64,000 nt of DNA. Origin: Rotaria socialis (taxonomy: Eukaryota). Below are positions 50,209-62,556 of the stretch, piece after piece (the first letter of the stretch is position 1; each line of letters opens with the position of its first letter). Made by a program: the position numbers and the translations under genes. The stretch spans positions 1 through 64,000 of the forward strand of contig CAJNYD010000557.1 in assembly GCA_905331295.1 (NCBI GenBank), in the 5' to 3' direction. The notes under the pieces are model-generated. The model was not told the origin of the DNA. It searched no databases and saw only the letters and a program-made list of their open reading frames with translations.

Positions 50209-50892
50209 TCAGAATCTAGTTTTTGAACTGAATGTTTGTAACATTTGAATAAATTCATTATTCGATGGTAAACGACCAGTTTCAAGTTTTGACCATAATG
50301 GTACATCATCAATCGATATTTCGAATGCATTTGTTGACATAAGATACGACTCCAATGAATTTGAAATAAAGAAAATCATTAGGCATGCATACATTTTATT
50401 TTGTAATGCCCATAGATAAATTTTGGGCGTCGAAATATTGAGAAAAGGAAAAGGATTTTGGCCAAAGAGAAGACATATCAATAAAATTATTTTAATCGTT
50501 GATAATACTCGAGCAATTAACGCTCGAAAAGGTGGTGGCGGATAACTTTCACCCATTACTGCGATACTTGGATAATGTTTACGAACAAGTTCGGAATATT
50601 GTTTGAAAATATTTTGATAACTTAAAAATACAACAATTGAAAGAAGAATTCCACAATTGAACTATAATACATACCCACAAGTTTGACAATAGCGAAATTT
50701 GATCATGGATGCTATTTGCATTTTCATTTTAGGTGTTCGAATCGATGAAATATCGTCATTGGTAGAAGAATCGTCATTTGACAATGAATCTTTTTCTTTC
50801 GTTGCAAATTTATTTACATAGGCTCGTTTTAAATCATAAAAAGTTAATAGAACAGCGAGACTTACAATTATTAATGATATTCGATCAAGCAT
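50209..50892 (-). CDS. SELENOT: Selenoprotein T family, Cys-containing paralog (CQTC), with N-terminal signal/TM
   Basis: Exons 50892-50675 and 50620-50209 give KFRYCQTCGYQNIFKQYSELVRKHYPSIAVMGESYPPPP...NKMYACLMIFF...STNAFEISIDDVPLWSKLETGRLPS. Confidence 0.92.
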
Positions 50893-51529
50893 CTGAAGAA
50901 GAAGAAAAAAAGAAGATGAAAATCAATTATTATCTTATGACGACAGTAAAAAAACGTCATATGCAGATATAATAATCGATGTATATCGGAGAGCCATTCT
51001 TAGTTGTTACTCTTTAAGAACAATTCTGAAAGCATCTATTGATGATTTCGGATTCTTTCTGTGATTAATATTCATCAAAGACTGGTATTATATATGAGAT
51101 GTGAATCAGTCAGTTTTTTGGAATTCCTATGTCAGACAAAGGGGTCATCCGAACATAAGCTGTATTTCGAGATAAGAATAGCATTCACAATAAACTACGT
51201 CTGTGGACATCTATCAATCCATATTTGTGATTATAGTCTAATAAAAGTCAAGTGTTAGATGGCTCTTAGTTGTAGAATCCAATATTGGAGCCGGACTCGA
51301 TTGAAAAGACACAGTGCATTCCTTAAGACTAAAAATACGGTATTTAGTCAAAGCTTTTCTTCGAGCTCTAAATATCATTTTCTAAGAAAAAACAAATCAG
51401 ATACTTAAAAATATCAAAGAAATTTATTATATCAGAAACAGAAAGGAAAAAAAACAGATTTTATTTAAAATGATTGAAATTAATCTTCGAATTTTCAATC
51501 GTATCTTTTACAAAAAGCAATTCAATAAA

Positions 51530-51615
51530 TTCATGATAAATCATAGGTCAGATGAAAAGTCAGTGATAGGAATTCACTTTTGACTTGCATCGTCATAGAA
51601 AACGATTGAATCATT
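51530..51615 (-). promoter_or_regulatory. SECIS element (form II) of the Sec-containing SelT gene
   Basis: Minus strand reads ATGAC-GATGCAAGTCA-AAA-GTGA(ATTCCTA)TCAC-TGACTTTTCATC-TGAC. This gives an AUGA/GA core (51596-51593 and 51550-51547), an ~11 bp helix II, unpaired AAA, an apical ministem and lower helix AATCGT/ATGATT. Confidence 0.88.
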
Positions 51616-51672
51616 AATTTATTGATATATGTTTTTAAGAGATCAATCGATTGAATTAATTCAAAGATCTTA

Positions 51673-52268
51673 CGAGGGAAGACCACCAAGTGTTCAATCG
51701 CTTTTTCGTTGAAACTACATGTTTTATGTAGCTCCCAAGAAGTTATGAATACTCTGAAAATATTTTGGGCGGATAGCTTATTGTTACGAAAATAAACCAT
51801 TCTGATGGCATTGTTTTATGATTGCCGTCCCCCCCCCCTTAGAAAAATTCATTTTCGAATTTTGATTCGAAATTTTATATAACAATAGAGCTCAACGAGA
51901 ATAGTGTTTTATGAATGTTTTTTTTCATAAAATCTGCCACTTTATTTGAAGATGTAAAATAAAAATTTCACAATAACTGTGTCTAGTGATAGGAAACGTA
52001 GAAAGGTCTGAAATGTTCACAAAAAGTTGCTCTCCTTAGGGCGTCTTTCTATGTAAAGTTTCAAGTTGAAATTCGAAAATCAATTTTTTTTATGTTTCTG
52101 AGGAGGACCCCGAGCTCTCACTAAAAACCATACCTTAGAAATGGTCTATTTTCGTAACAATAAGCTATCCGCCCAAAATATTTTCAGCGTATTCATACCT
52201 CCTTGGGAGCTACATAATGTAAGCAGTTCCAACGCAAAAGCGATTGAACACTTTGTGACCTTCGCTCG
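51673..52268. mobile_element. ~600 bp foldback MITE with long TIRs, flanked by TTA
   Basis: TTA|CGAGGGAAGACCACCAAGTGTTCAATCGCTTTT...CTGAAAATATTTTGGGCGGATAGCTTATTGTTACGAAAATA is mirrored at 52140-52268|TTA. The inverted similarity extends roughly 130-200 bp. Confidence 0.9.
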
Positions 52269-52315
52269 TTAGTAAAAAAAAACAGATGTCGAAAAATTTG
52301 AATTACTCATATTTA

Positions 52316-52934
52316 TTATTTGGAATTAGTATATGTTTGTAGTACTTGAAGAAATTCATCATTTGATGGTAAACGCCCAGTTTCAAGTTTTGACCATAAT
52401 TGCACATTATCAATCGATATTTCAAATGCACCTGTTGACTTGAGTGTTGATTCAACGAAATTCGAAAGAAAGAAGATCACTATACATGCATGAATTTTGT
52501 TTTGTAATGCCCATAGATAAGCTCTTGGTGTTGATATATTTATAAAAGCAAAGATATTTTGATCCAAAGCAATACAAGTGATTAAAGTCAGTTTAATAAT
52601 TAATAAAATTCGTGCAAATAATGATTTTAACGGCGATGGTGGATGATTTTCTCCGATTACTGTTATATTTGGATAGTGTGTACGAACAACTGCTGAAAAT
52701 TGTTCAAACACATTTCGATACCTAAATATATATATTTATAAGTAAGATAAACGAGTGAAAGTGCTACTACGAATATACATACCCTCAGCTGTTACAAAAA
52801 CGAAATTTAATAGTTTGATTATTCATGGTCGAAGATAAAGTTTCTTCATCGAAATTTTCACCATGATCATTTGACATTGATTTGTCACTAGCAGATGACG
52901 ATAAAGATGTATGCTCTCTTGACGTCATACTCAT
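52316..52934 (-). CDS. SELENOT: Selenoprotein T, selenocysteine-containing paralog (CNSU)
   Basis: TGT AAC AGC TGA GG|gtatgt intron 52782-52722 |G TAT CGA gives KFRFCNSUGYRNVFEQF. The TGA at 52787-52785 aligns with Cys of the paralog, the intron position is the same, and a SECIS lies downstream. The start (ATG 52934) is uncertain. Confidence 0.92.
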
Positions 52935-53930
52935 CGAAGTTGACTTTATGATCGTTTGACAGAATTCCTTTGAGTATTTAGCAAAATAAAACTCACTGAA
53001 TGCGATGTTCAACGGTATGATTTCAACCAATCATGATACGAATAAAAAAACATGCCATATATATGTAAAGAACATGATTGGTGACCTAGGACATCTGTCG
53101 GATGGTTTTTTATAAAAGCATTTTTTTATTCGGTGTTCTTTTTTTTCCAAAAACAATTATACTCTCTTCTCTAATTGCTACAATCATAGAAAGAGAAGTC
53201 AAAATAATATTTTTCCTCGGTGAACCTTAAGTGAATAGAATTCAACAAATCAAACTAAAATAGAGCTACTCATATGACATGCATTGCATTTTATTTCCTT
53301 CAGATGAATTTTATTTTCTTGTAAGTAATAAAAGTAACTAGAAGAATTTTACCATCTGTAAGCAATTTTTCTTGAATACTGCTAATAAATTTAATCTATC
53401 TCGTAGGTTACTAAACAGTACAACATAATATTCTTTAACTTTATCGATAAAAAGAAAAACGTATTCAAACCCAAAGAAACACTAGTCAATCTTCAATACT
53501 GATTCTACGTGTATGGAATGTTATCTTCGTCGATTACCATTCATTATTAAGATTCTACTTGAAAGTATTTATGTAACTACTCTACAAACTCAGTGATTAA
53601 ATCGCATCAACAATATTTTATATGCTGATGTAAATGTACTTATTTAAAGTTACATCAAAGAAAACATATGTAAGTGATTTTGAAAAAAGAACAAATATTA
53701 TTTTTTTTCTAAACAGAAGATTCAGCCCAGCAAAAAAATCTTTGCCACTTAGTTATATCCTTTATTTCACAAACGCGTCTATTTCCTTTTACATTTCGAT
53801 TTCGTTTATTGAAGTGCGCAAATACGTAAAATTGAAAAAAAACTACCTGCCATAAAAAATCTATCATAATTATCTTCAAACATACTTTTGACACATTCCC
53901 ACCCATTTTTACTTGTAAAGCTTCAAGGTA

Positions 53931-55087
53931 ATGCCAGATATACCTTTTCAATTTTCTATTATTGATATGAATCCTACGATTGTGAAGAAAAGAAAGGGAC
54001 CACCATCGAGTAATTTATTCTCTAATTATCGAGGAAGCCGTCCAATGTCAACCAACGGAACATTGCCAATCATTACTGTCCCTTCATTCTGTAATTTTAA
54101 AGAAAAATTTCTTCAGATGACAACGAATAAAAAATCAACGATCGTATTTAACAATCCCGTCGAATCTCCAACGACACAAATAAAAACACGAACAGCTAAT
54201 ATTATTAATCGACCAATTGGTTTAACGAAACAGAAATCTTCTCTTAGTTCTTATTCAGCGCCCAATACACGTCCTATAACATCTCATCATTCATTTACTC
54301 AATCACAAGCAAATTCTCAATTTCTCTACATCGTTAATACACCTAAATCATCTTATCAACCATCTCCAATTCGAATCACGAATCAACATCACAATCTTTC
54401 TCCGCCGCCGCCGCTACCGCCACCGCCACCACCACCACCACCACCACCGTCATCATCATCACAACCAACAGANCTCCGCCGCCGCCGCTACCGCCCCCGC
54501 CACCACCACCACCACCACCACCACCATCACAGCAACAGATTCTTCCGCGTCCACAATATCAATATGGCCATTTTCTTGCTCATCTTCGACGACAGTCATT
54601 GGCTCGATTACGTCGTAAACAACAACAAGAACAAGGACTTTCAGATACGATTGAAACAAAAATAACATTAAATCTAAATAGACATTCCTCGACACACTCA
54701 TTTCAATCCTCATCAAATCAATCGCTAACTTCATTAGCAACAGATTCATCATTAATGCCAACAATATCTATGACAGCATCACGAGCAGGAAGACCTTTAT
54801 CATCGTATCGTCAATTGCAACGATCCATTAAAACTTTTCGTATGAATTCTGTTCGACGAAATTCATCAATAGATTCAAAACAGATTTTTGATAGTCAACT
54901 ATCATCATTTCAATCTTCATCATTATTAATAACGCCAAGAAATTCCATTGTAGACGATAGTAATGCATCGACAATATTAAAACCATCGTATGATCTTCAT
55001 TTAAGCGATGATATGCTTAACTATTGTTATGTGAGTGGTGATAGTGGAGTTAAATATCAAGGGCAAATGTTTCCGGCTGCGTTTTAA
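53931..55087 (+). CDS. Ser/Thr/Pro-rich low-complexity protein; the apparent frameshift is an assembly junction at N 54473
   Basis: The poly-Pro block is duplicated on either side of the N. Removing one copy fuses the two ORFs, ending in LSDDMLNYCYVSGDSGVKYQGQMFPAAF. Confidence 0.65.
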
Positions 55088-55669
55088 GTACACATCCTAT
55101 TAGATAAAAAATAAATCCGTTTTTTTTTCTTCGCTAGACGGTAGATACGGTTTGCTAAATAAATGAGCCTCATATGTCTACAATACACATATGTAAATCG
55201 AACTTTCAATACAAGTTTTCGTTCTACCTTAATGATTATACAAAAAAAAAGCCATTCTATGATCTTTTTTGTTTGCTAACTTTTCTATTAAATGACTTTC
55301 GACGTCGACTGTTTGATGGAATAATTTTAAATTTTCTTAACATAAACTCATTTTTTTGTTATTGACCTTATATATTGAATATTAATGACCTCTTGAATAT
55401 TTTTGACATTGATCTACATCATTACTAACAACAATCCGTATCTATTGCGAGTTATGATCGAGTTTATCGCATTGTATTATTTGTTGTTGAGAATAAGATT
55501 TCAAACATAGACGAAGGAAAAAAGAACTGTTTCTATCATTTCATAATCTATCCTTGTATATATAGTCGATAATTATTATATAGTGAGACGGCGATAAATT
55601 GTCAAACAAGTCTGTCTCAAGGACATCTGTCATGTTGATACGAAAGGAGAGAGAAAATTTAGGAGGAAC

Positions 55670-56850
55670 TTATTTAAAAATCTTTGAAAATACAGAAGAT
55701 GTTTTCGATGGTGTTCGTTTAGTAGGCGATGATGTCGATGAAGGATTTGGCATTGTTGTCGATGATAATGTTGCTGATGAGTCCACTGATGGCAATGAAC
55801 CTGTTTTATTTAATGATGAAAGTGATGAACTTTTATTCGATGAACTAATTAACGGTTGAGATTCAGGCTTCATAACTGTAGCTGCTCGTGCTGCCTTATG
55901 TGCAAGTTTCGCTGGCATTGGTGGTGGTAGTGGAATAGTGGATCGTGAAATTTTTTCTGTTTCATTCGGTATTGAGAAGTGTACTGATGAATTCGATGAT
56001 TGAGAAGATGATGGAGACGGAAAATTCGTATTTGAACTGATTTCCGTTGCTATTGACTCTTCGACGATCGTATTTGAAATTAACGTACGTTCACGTTCTT
56101 TTCGTACTTCGCGAACAGTACGATGAAATAACTGTTGAACATATTCGTAATCATCAACAGCTGTTGTTTCACAAAAAGCACAACTAAATTTAACTGCTGT
56201 TGATTCGCCTTCGGATTTCAGAACGACTCTGAAAACAAAAAGAACATTTATTTTTATGATTTCTGAAATATTATTAAACTCTATTGCCTAGTCCGTTCGA
56301 GATCGAGTTTATTTCCAAGTAATATAATAACAAGCTCATTTGTTGATACAGTTAAATTTTTCGAATAGGTACTTATCGCGTCTAAATACGCAAGTGCCAT
56401 TTCGAAACTATCTTGTTGCGTTATACTATATGTAATGAGTACAGCATCGGCCCATTTTAAATAATAAGGTAAACGTTTATCCTCCTAGAATAGATAAAAA
56501 TTGATTAACGTGTTTTATTTTCTTTTTTTTATGAATTACTTTTCCATAAGTATCCATGACCTTGACAAGGACTTCTTGTTGATCAACAACATCTGGTTTC
56601 CAGTACGTGTCTTCTAAAAATTCAGAGAAAAAAAATTGAGTTTTGTTTTTCTAAAGTAAATTCAATGTTTTTGTTTACCAAGAAATGGATCATATTCGCG
56701 TATGAAACGTTTAGTTAAATATTTAACAACTAATGCTGATTTACCAACAGTTTGTTTTCCAAGTAAAACAATATTCACTTCTTCTTTCGGAAGACTTGAT
56801 GTTGATAGATGACTTTTAAGCGAACTATTTGTTGATTTATATCGACTCAT
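55670..56850 (-). CDS. Ras-family GTPase, RERG/RASL11/RASL12-like, 4 exons, Ser/Pro-rich tail, no CaaX
   Basis: Exons 56850-56679, 56613-56540, 56484-56288, 56228-55670. G1 [27 protein letters not shown]3 DTYGK, LKWADA, G4 GNKLD, G5 ETTA. Confidence 0.88.
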
Positions 56851-57202
56851 TTTTTTGAATAGGGCGGACCGCCGGCTTCTTGTTATATATCAGTGACAAA
56901 CAGAACAACGATGGATATACAGAAGAATGTGTCTTTCTTCTATCTCGATTGCTTATGCGTATATAATGGGGGGAAAAAATAGGAAGAAAGATATATAAAT
57001 TTAGCGGTACCATTACTGCAGATGCTAGTCGTAATATATGTAGAAAGATAGAAGAAGAAGAAAAAAAGAAGATTGATCATTAAGAACAGAAAGAAAAGAA
57101 CGTATAGAACATTTCATCCAGAATAGATATTGCCATAGAAAATTAGCCGAATAAATGTTTGAACGTGCTGTGAGAACCAAAAAAAACACAAAACACTTTT
57201 TT

Positions 57203-58321
57203 TTATTTAAGCAAAATAATTCGATGGTCTTTTTTTCTAAACAATCTTCTCAGTGTACAATTAGAAAAATCATGTGACCAACATTTATATCCATAGACGC
57301 GATTTTCTATCTGATCAATGTCTCGTAAATAATCATACTGAACCCATGCTGATCGGCAATCACACTGTAAATTTACATTTGTTGAACTAATCTCAATAAT
57401 TGACGATGGGTTTGTTTCAAGAAATGGTTGAAATATATTTTCATCTAAATAAGTCAAATTTGTAAAATATAAACGTAGAAATACTGTTCGACTACGAAAA
57501 CGGCTCAATGATGTTAATGGAAAACTGTTGGAATTTAAACTTTGTCCACCGATATGAATATATAATATCGGACCAACGATTGATCGATTACGTTGAGCAA
57601 ATGCATGTTTATTTATATCTGTTAGATTGGGCGAAAATATCCGTAATAATCTTAAATTCGGCACATTGTAGAAAGCATATTGGCCAATCGTTTGAATCGG
57701 TTGATTTGTTCGACGATTTTCAAGACCAAACCAAATATTTGTTAAATTCGGATGATTAAATGCATAACTTGGAATGGTTGTTAAACGATCGTTATGCATA
57801 CTCACACGGCGAAGATTTTGAAATTGTTTTAACATAGAAAATATCGTATTACTATCAGATAAATTTGTGTTCAAAGTTTCGAATACTTCAACATTATCTT
57901 TTAGAGAATAAAATGCGTTTTGATCGATCGTTGTTAATAATTTATTGTCTTGAAACATTAACGCTTTAAATGTAATATTATAAAACACATTCTCGTCTAT
58001 ATGTTCGATAGTTGTATTATACAAAAGAAAACTATCGAAATTTGTTTCATTATCATTTAAATAAGAATTAAGATTGAGAAATACGCTCTTTAAATCAAAT
58101 GATGAATTATGTATATTTTCACATACGATCGATTTCTTTTCAATATATATTGTTTCAGGACTAAAATCGCCATATAACAAATACGTATGTGATGGAATGG
58201 TTAAAACACAAGAACATGGTTCTATTATCAAATCAGGCGGACATTCACTATTAATTAAATCGAATTCTTGATTGAAAATAATAATATAAAATATAGAAAC
58301 GATAATCGTTGTATCGAACAT
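57203..58321 (-). CDS. Secreted leucine-rich-repeat protein (372 aa)
   Basis: Signal peptide, [17 protein letters not shown], repeats such as LTTIDQNAF / LTTIPSYAF / IQTIGQYAF / LTYLDENIF, and [14 protein letters not shown]. Confidence 0.85.
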   Translation of the reverse strand: MFDTTIIVSIFYIIIFNQEFDLINSECPPDLIIEPCSCVLTIPSHTYLLYGDFSPETIYIEKKSIVCENIHNSSFDLKSVFLNLNSYLNDNETNFDSFLLYNTTIEHIDENVFYNITFKALMFQDNKLLTTIDQNAFYSLKDNVEVFETLNTNLSDSNTIFSMLKQFQNLRRVSMHNDRLTTIPSYAFNHPNLTNIWFGLENRRTNQPIQTIGQYAFYNVPNLRLLRIFSPNLTDINKHAFAQRNRSIVGPILYIHIGGQSLNSNSFPLTSLSRFRSRTVFLRLYFTNLTYLDENIFQPFLETNPSSIIEISSTNVNLQCDCRSAWVQYDYLRDIDQIENRVYGYKCWSHDFSNCTLRRLFRKKDHRIILLK

Positions 58322-61300
58322 GTTGCTTTGAAAAATGAATGTTAATAAAAAAAAAATAGAAACAAAACAATCAGAATCAGACCCTTGAAAGTAAATATCA
58401 AAATAAGACCGTTGTATATTTTTGAATTAAATTGATAGATAGATCAGCTCTTTTAAGTTGTGTTCGTTTGTCTTTGCTCTTTATTTTTTAGTACAAAAAA
58501 ACAAAAAATTAAGCTCATCGGATTTAAATGACAAGGAATATCAACATTTTATGATCTATTCTAATGTGAATAATATAACATTTTTACATAGATTCTCAGT
58601 CTATGTACGCAATTTTTAAATATAAATATTAGTCAATATAAGACTCAAATTGTAAGTCGTTTCAGTCTCATTATTGCTTAAGCTCAATTAGGATTGTGAC
58701 ATTTGTCTTTCAGACATATTGTATTTAGGGCGTGCACAACTATAGAGATTATCGGAACTAAAGCATAGTCCATTGTTTCTTCGTCAAGAGTTTTTCCTTA
58801 ATAAAGAAAAATTGAAAATCTTGGGTTTTATCAGCAATACTGTAACTTAGTCAAAAACAAAATGATGAACTTACCTTGACAAACGGATGGATTGAAATTT
58901 AAAAAACAAGCGAAGGTGAGTTAAACCATAGCTTATGCCTGATTTTTTCACAGGTAGCCGAGTAGACGATTGTCATAAGTTTGATTGAAAGTAGGTAGTT
59001 GAGAAAAGAAATAGTAAACAATTTCGAAGGTTGAAATGTCAACAGTAAAAATACCAATGTCGAAAGCAAAAATACCGGAGAAAAAAATGTCAAAAGGTTG
59101 TCCGTATAGGTAGGTGTGAAGTTAAGATTCAAGTCTGCACCTACGTAACTACCCACTTAGACGCCTTTGTAAATATCGATTATTATTGAGTTTAGAGAAA
59201 ACACGAAACTACGGGCTATTTTAAATTTTTTGTTAAAATCATTATATACGTTATCTTAGAATAAAAATTAACTTCTAAATTTTGACGATTCAAACTAGAT
59301 TTTATGCCGATAGAGTGTATGAACTTTCAACTGACAAAACACAATCTGTATGAATATCGCATTGAATGTTGGACTGGTGCAATAATGGAATGCAATTTCA
59401 AACGCATGCGAGCAAAAATATTTGTACTCAGCTGATGGTGTATAGTACATGAAAGATTATCTTCTGATTTGGATACAAAGAATGCCAATAGACGCTGACA
59501 AATGGTTAAACGAATACAAGGAAATACCACGTGAACAACGATGAATTATAACGTTATTGTATGCACTAAACATTTCTTGATAATAAATCATTAAGTCGCG
59601 AAATTTCAATCGTATTGTTTTTTGATTTATAGGCAGTAGGTTGGTGTTGGAGCAACTCAAAGCTTTACTTAACGAGTTCCGTAGCGACATTTCATATAAA
59701 TATTCTATCTTTTTAAAATCAAGCAATACAAATAAATATTCCTTTAGTATATTCTATCTTTTTATTTTTAATTCTACCATGAGCATCAAAAAACACATCA
59801 GTCCTATCGATCAGTAGATAGAAGATCATTAAAGTTTTCAATATCGAAAAAATTTTCATCATTTGTGTTTATTTGTTAACACTCACATCAATATCATTTT
59901 AAATTTGTTATATGCGAAAATAATGCTTTCTTCTACGAATTTATGATGAACTCATCTGAAACGAACATTCTCAGCTAATGAATACACATGTACAAAAGCT
60001 CGATATTTATATACCTACGGTTTTTGAACCTTCTTTCTAAACGTTTTATTTAACATTAAAAACTTTTTTAGAATTTCATTTTTGATTAATACTTGAAACT
60101 TTTGTTAAAGATATATTATTTATTCAAATTAAATTATTTCTTATAGCGACATCTTTTCGCTGAACTTCAGTGCATTTTATCTCTTTTTTGAGTTAATAAA
60201 ATTTTGTTCTCTTGTGAACAAAGCGAGAGAAATTTTCATCTTGTACAAAACTTATTGCAAAGAGTATTTGTTTAAAAACCTAAATTTTTAGAGCATAAAA
60301 TTCTCTGTTTTTGTATCTAAGAGAATAATAAAAGGAAAATCCACTCATTTTAAGTGCAAGAGATCATGGGAAACCGTTCCTAGACGGAACGATGTTGAAT
60401 CCACAATAAAAACGTTTGCTGTTTCGAACCGCTTTTTATCAACTGAATCGAGTTTTCTTGGAGAATGAAATTCAAGAAAGAAGAAATTAATAAATCTATC
60501 ACGAAAATATGTATTCTACAGAGGAGATAAAAAGCTATTTTTAAACTTGATTGAAAGCGAGATCATGATTAATATTACATGTTTTGTTTTTGATATATCG
60601 ATTTAATATTAAGAAGTGTAAATGTATTGAATTAAATTTAAAAATATTTTCTCTTGTAACTTGCATCCTAAAAAATGACTGCAAACTATACAAAATAATG
60701 ATAAATAGAAATAACTTCAATCAAAGATTTATCTTTTCGCTTGAAAATCTATATCGATTATTCTCCAGCAATAATAGTACGAAATGGGTTCCATTCAAGA
60801 TTGTCAGCTTCAAATGTTACACATAGGAATTATTCAAAAGCTATTTTGCAAAGCAATGATTAAAAATTTTACTTTACCTGTGTTTCTATTGTTGAACTGC
60901 GCTTGTTGAAACTTCCAATTAGATAGCTCGCTATTTGAAAGACTTTTAAAAAATATCAATCAATGATTCGTTCAGTTAAGTCTGTGTTATAATTAACATG
61001 CATTAAAGATCAAGCTAGAAACAATATTGAGCGTATCTATAACTCTGATCATAGAAAAAAAGAGTTTGTTCAATAATCAAAGTTTCAAACTTAGATCGAA
61101 TTAGTTATATATTCCTTGAAGCTCCATCTGCTTCTGTTTATTAGATAACCTATACTACTGGTGAATATCCATGACAGAACATGTGTATCATATAGGTCAA
61201 ACTTTGTGTATATATATTATCTCTAAGAATAGAAAGAATGAGAAAATCATTATTGATGACGATAAGAAAGAATATTTTTCTTGAAAAATAACAAAATATA

Positions 61301-62464
61301 TTGTAATCATGATGTTAAATGGAAAATTCAAGTTAAGAAAATATAATCATCGATGATCTCAAATATCAGTGTATTTGTTTCGTTTCCATGTGGAATAGTT
61401 TTCTACTTTAAAATCGATGTAAAGATATTGGCAAGTTACAATCAAAGAATTCACCAAAAAACTACACTAATCCAAATTCAACACTAATATCTTTTAAATT
61501 TTCTTGCTAATTCAAAATATATCCGCCGACTTCATGTTACGAGGGTGTGGGTATGGGTGTGTGAACAGAAATACTCATACAGTCGCATCAAAACCCACCC
61601 ACACCCTCAAGAATGTTTTTCAATATAATCGTGATATTCATCTAAAAGCGATTGCACCAATACGACGAAATTCACCTTGAGTTTTAAACAAAACATTTGC
61701 TATTCAATCAAACCATAATAATCTCCTACCCAAAAATTGATTTTAACGTATAGAAAAAACACAACTATTTGATTCGTAATATTTTGTAGGTGGGATATGA
61801 ATTTCAAATTATTATTGGAAAAACTTTTCAGCGCAGCCCTGCTAGGGCTAAAATGTGGGACTCATATATCTACTTTAGACTCATTAAGCTGATGCAAAAA
61901 TAGGTTACATGAAAAGTTTTCGTAAAAACTCGTCTTATTTTTAAGATCTGTAATGTTAGCATACACTCGTTGCTAGCGTCTGCAATAGTAAAAAGATCCA
62001 TGTTAACAGTATTTCGTTCATGTCTTCGCATTTACGCACATAAGAAATTGGAGTTCAACAACTTATAGATGTTACTTCAATAGCTTTTTAAATTCAATTT
62101 ATTCAAATAGGAAACATTCTTAATTTGTGTCCTCTACAAATTAGATCTCATATTGTTTAAATAATGTTTTTTATTCAAGTTTGTCAAAAACAAAAAAATT
62201 TATGAGTTCGTCATAAATTTTTAAGTCTTCAAAATTTGACTATTAAATGTAATTATTTAAAAATAGTTAAATTAGTTTCATGATTTGAAGTGGCAGGCAG
62301 CCATGTAGGCTACTTTGAAACAATCGATGGCAATAGCTGAGAATTATTCAAACCAGGTTTATTTCTAATTATGACTTTTTTTCTCTGAAATGTTTGTTAT
62401 AGCAACTTGAACGTCACGTAGAAGCTTGCAGAATTTTGCGTTACATTTTGAATAATATTTCAAA

Positions 62465-62556
62465 TAGGGGCGTCACCAGAAAAGAATGTGGGGGATGGGG
62501 GCTAAACTTATTTTTTCTAGGGGGCTGAGCCCCTAGACCCCCTGGTCACGCCTCTA
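62465..62556. mobile_element. 92 bp hAT-like MITE
   Basis: TAGGGGCGTCACCAG...CTGGTCACGCCTCTA with a perfect 8 bp TSD, ATTTCAAA. Confidence 0.85.

Noticed and set aside
54473..54665. Poly-His/Arg tract and programmed frameshift
   Set aside because: This is an off-frame reading of CCA repeats after the N junction.
59320..59730. Coding-like fragment
   Set aside because: Stops in all frames and no recognisable motif.
61541..61608. GAGGGTGTGGGT / ACCCACACCCTC inverted repeat
   Set aside because: Probably a tiny TE remnant, but there is no TSD, so it is left unclassified.
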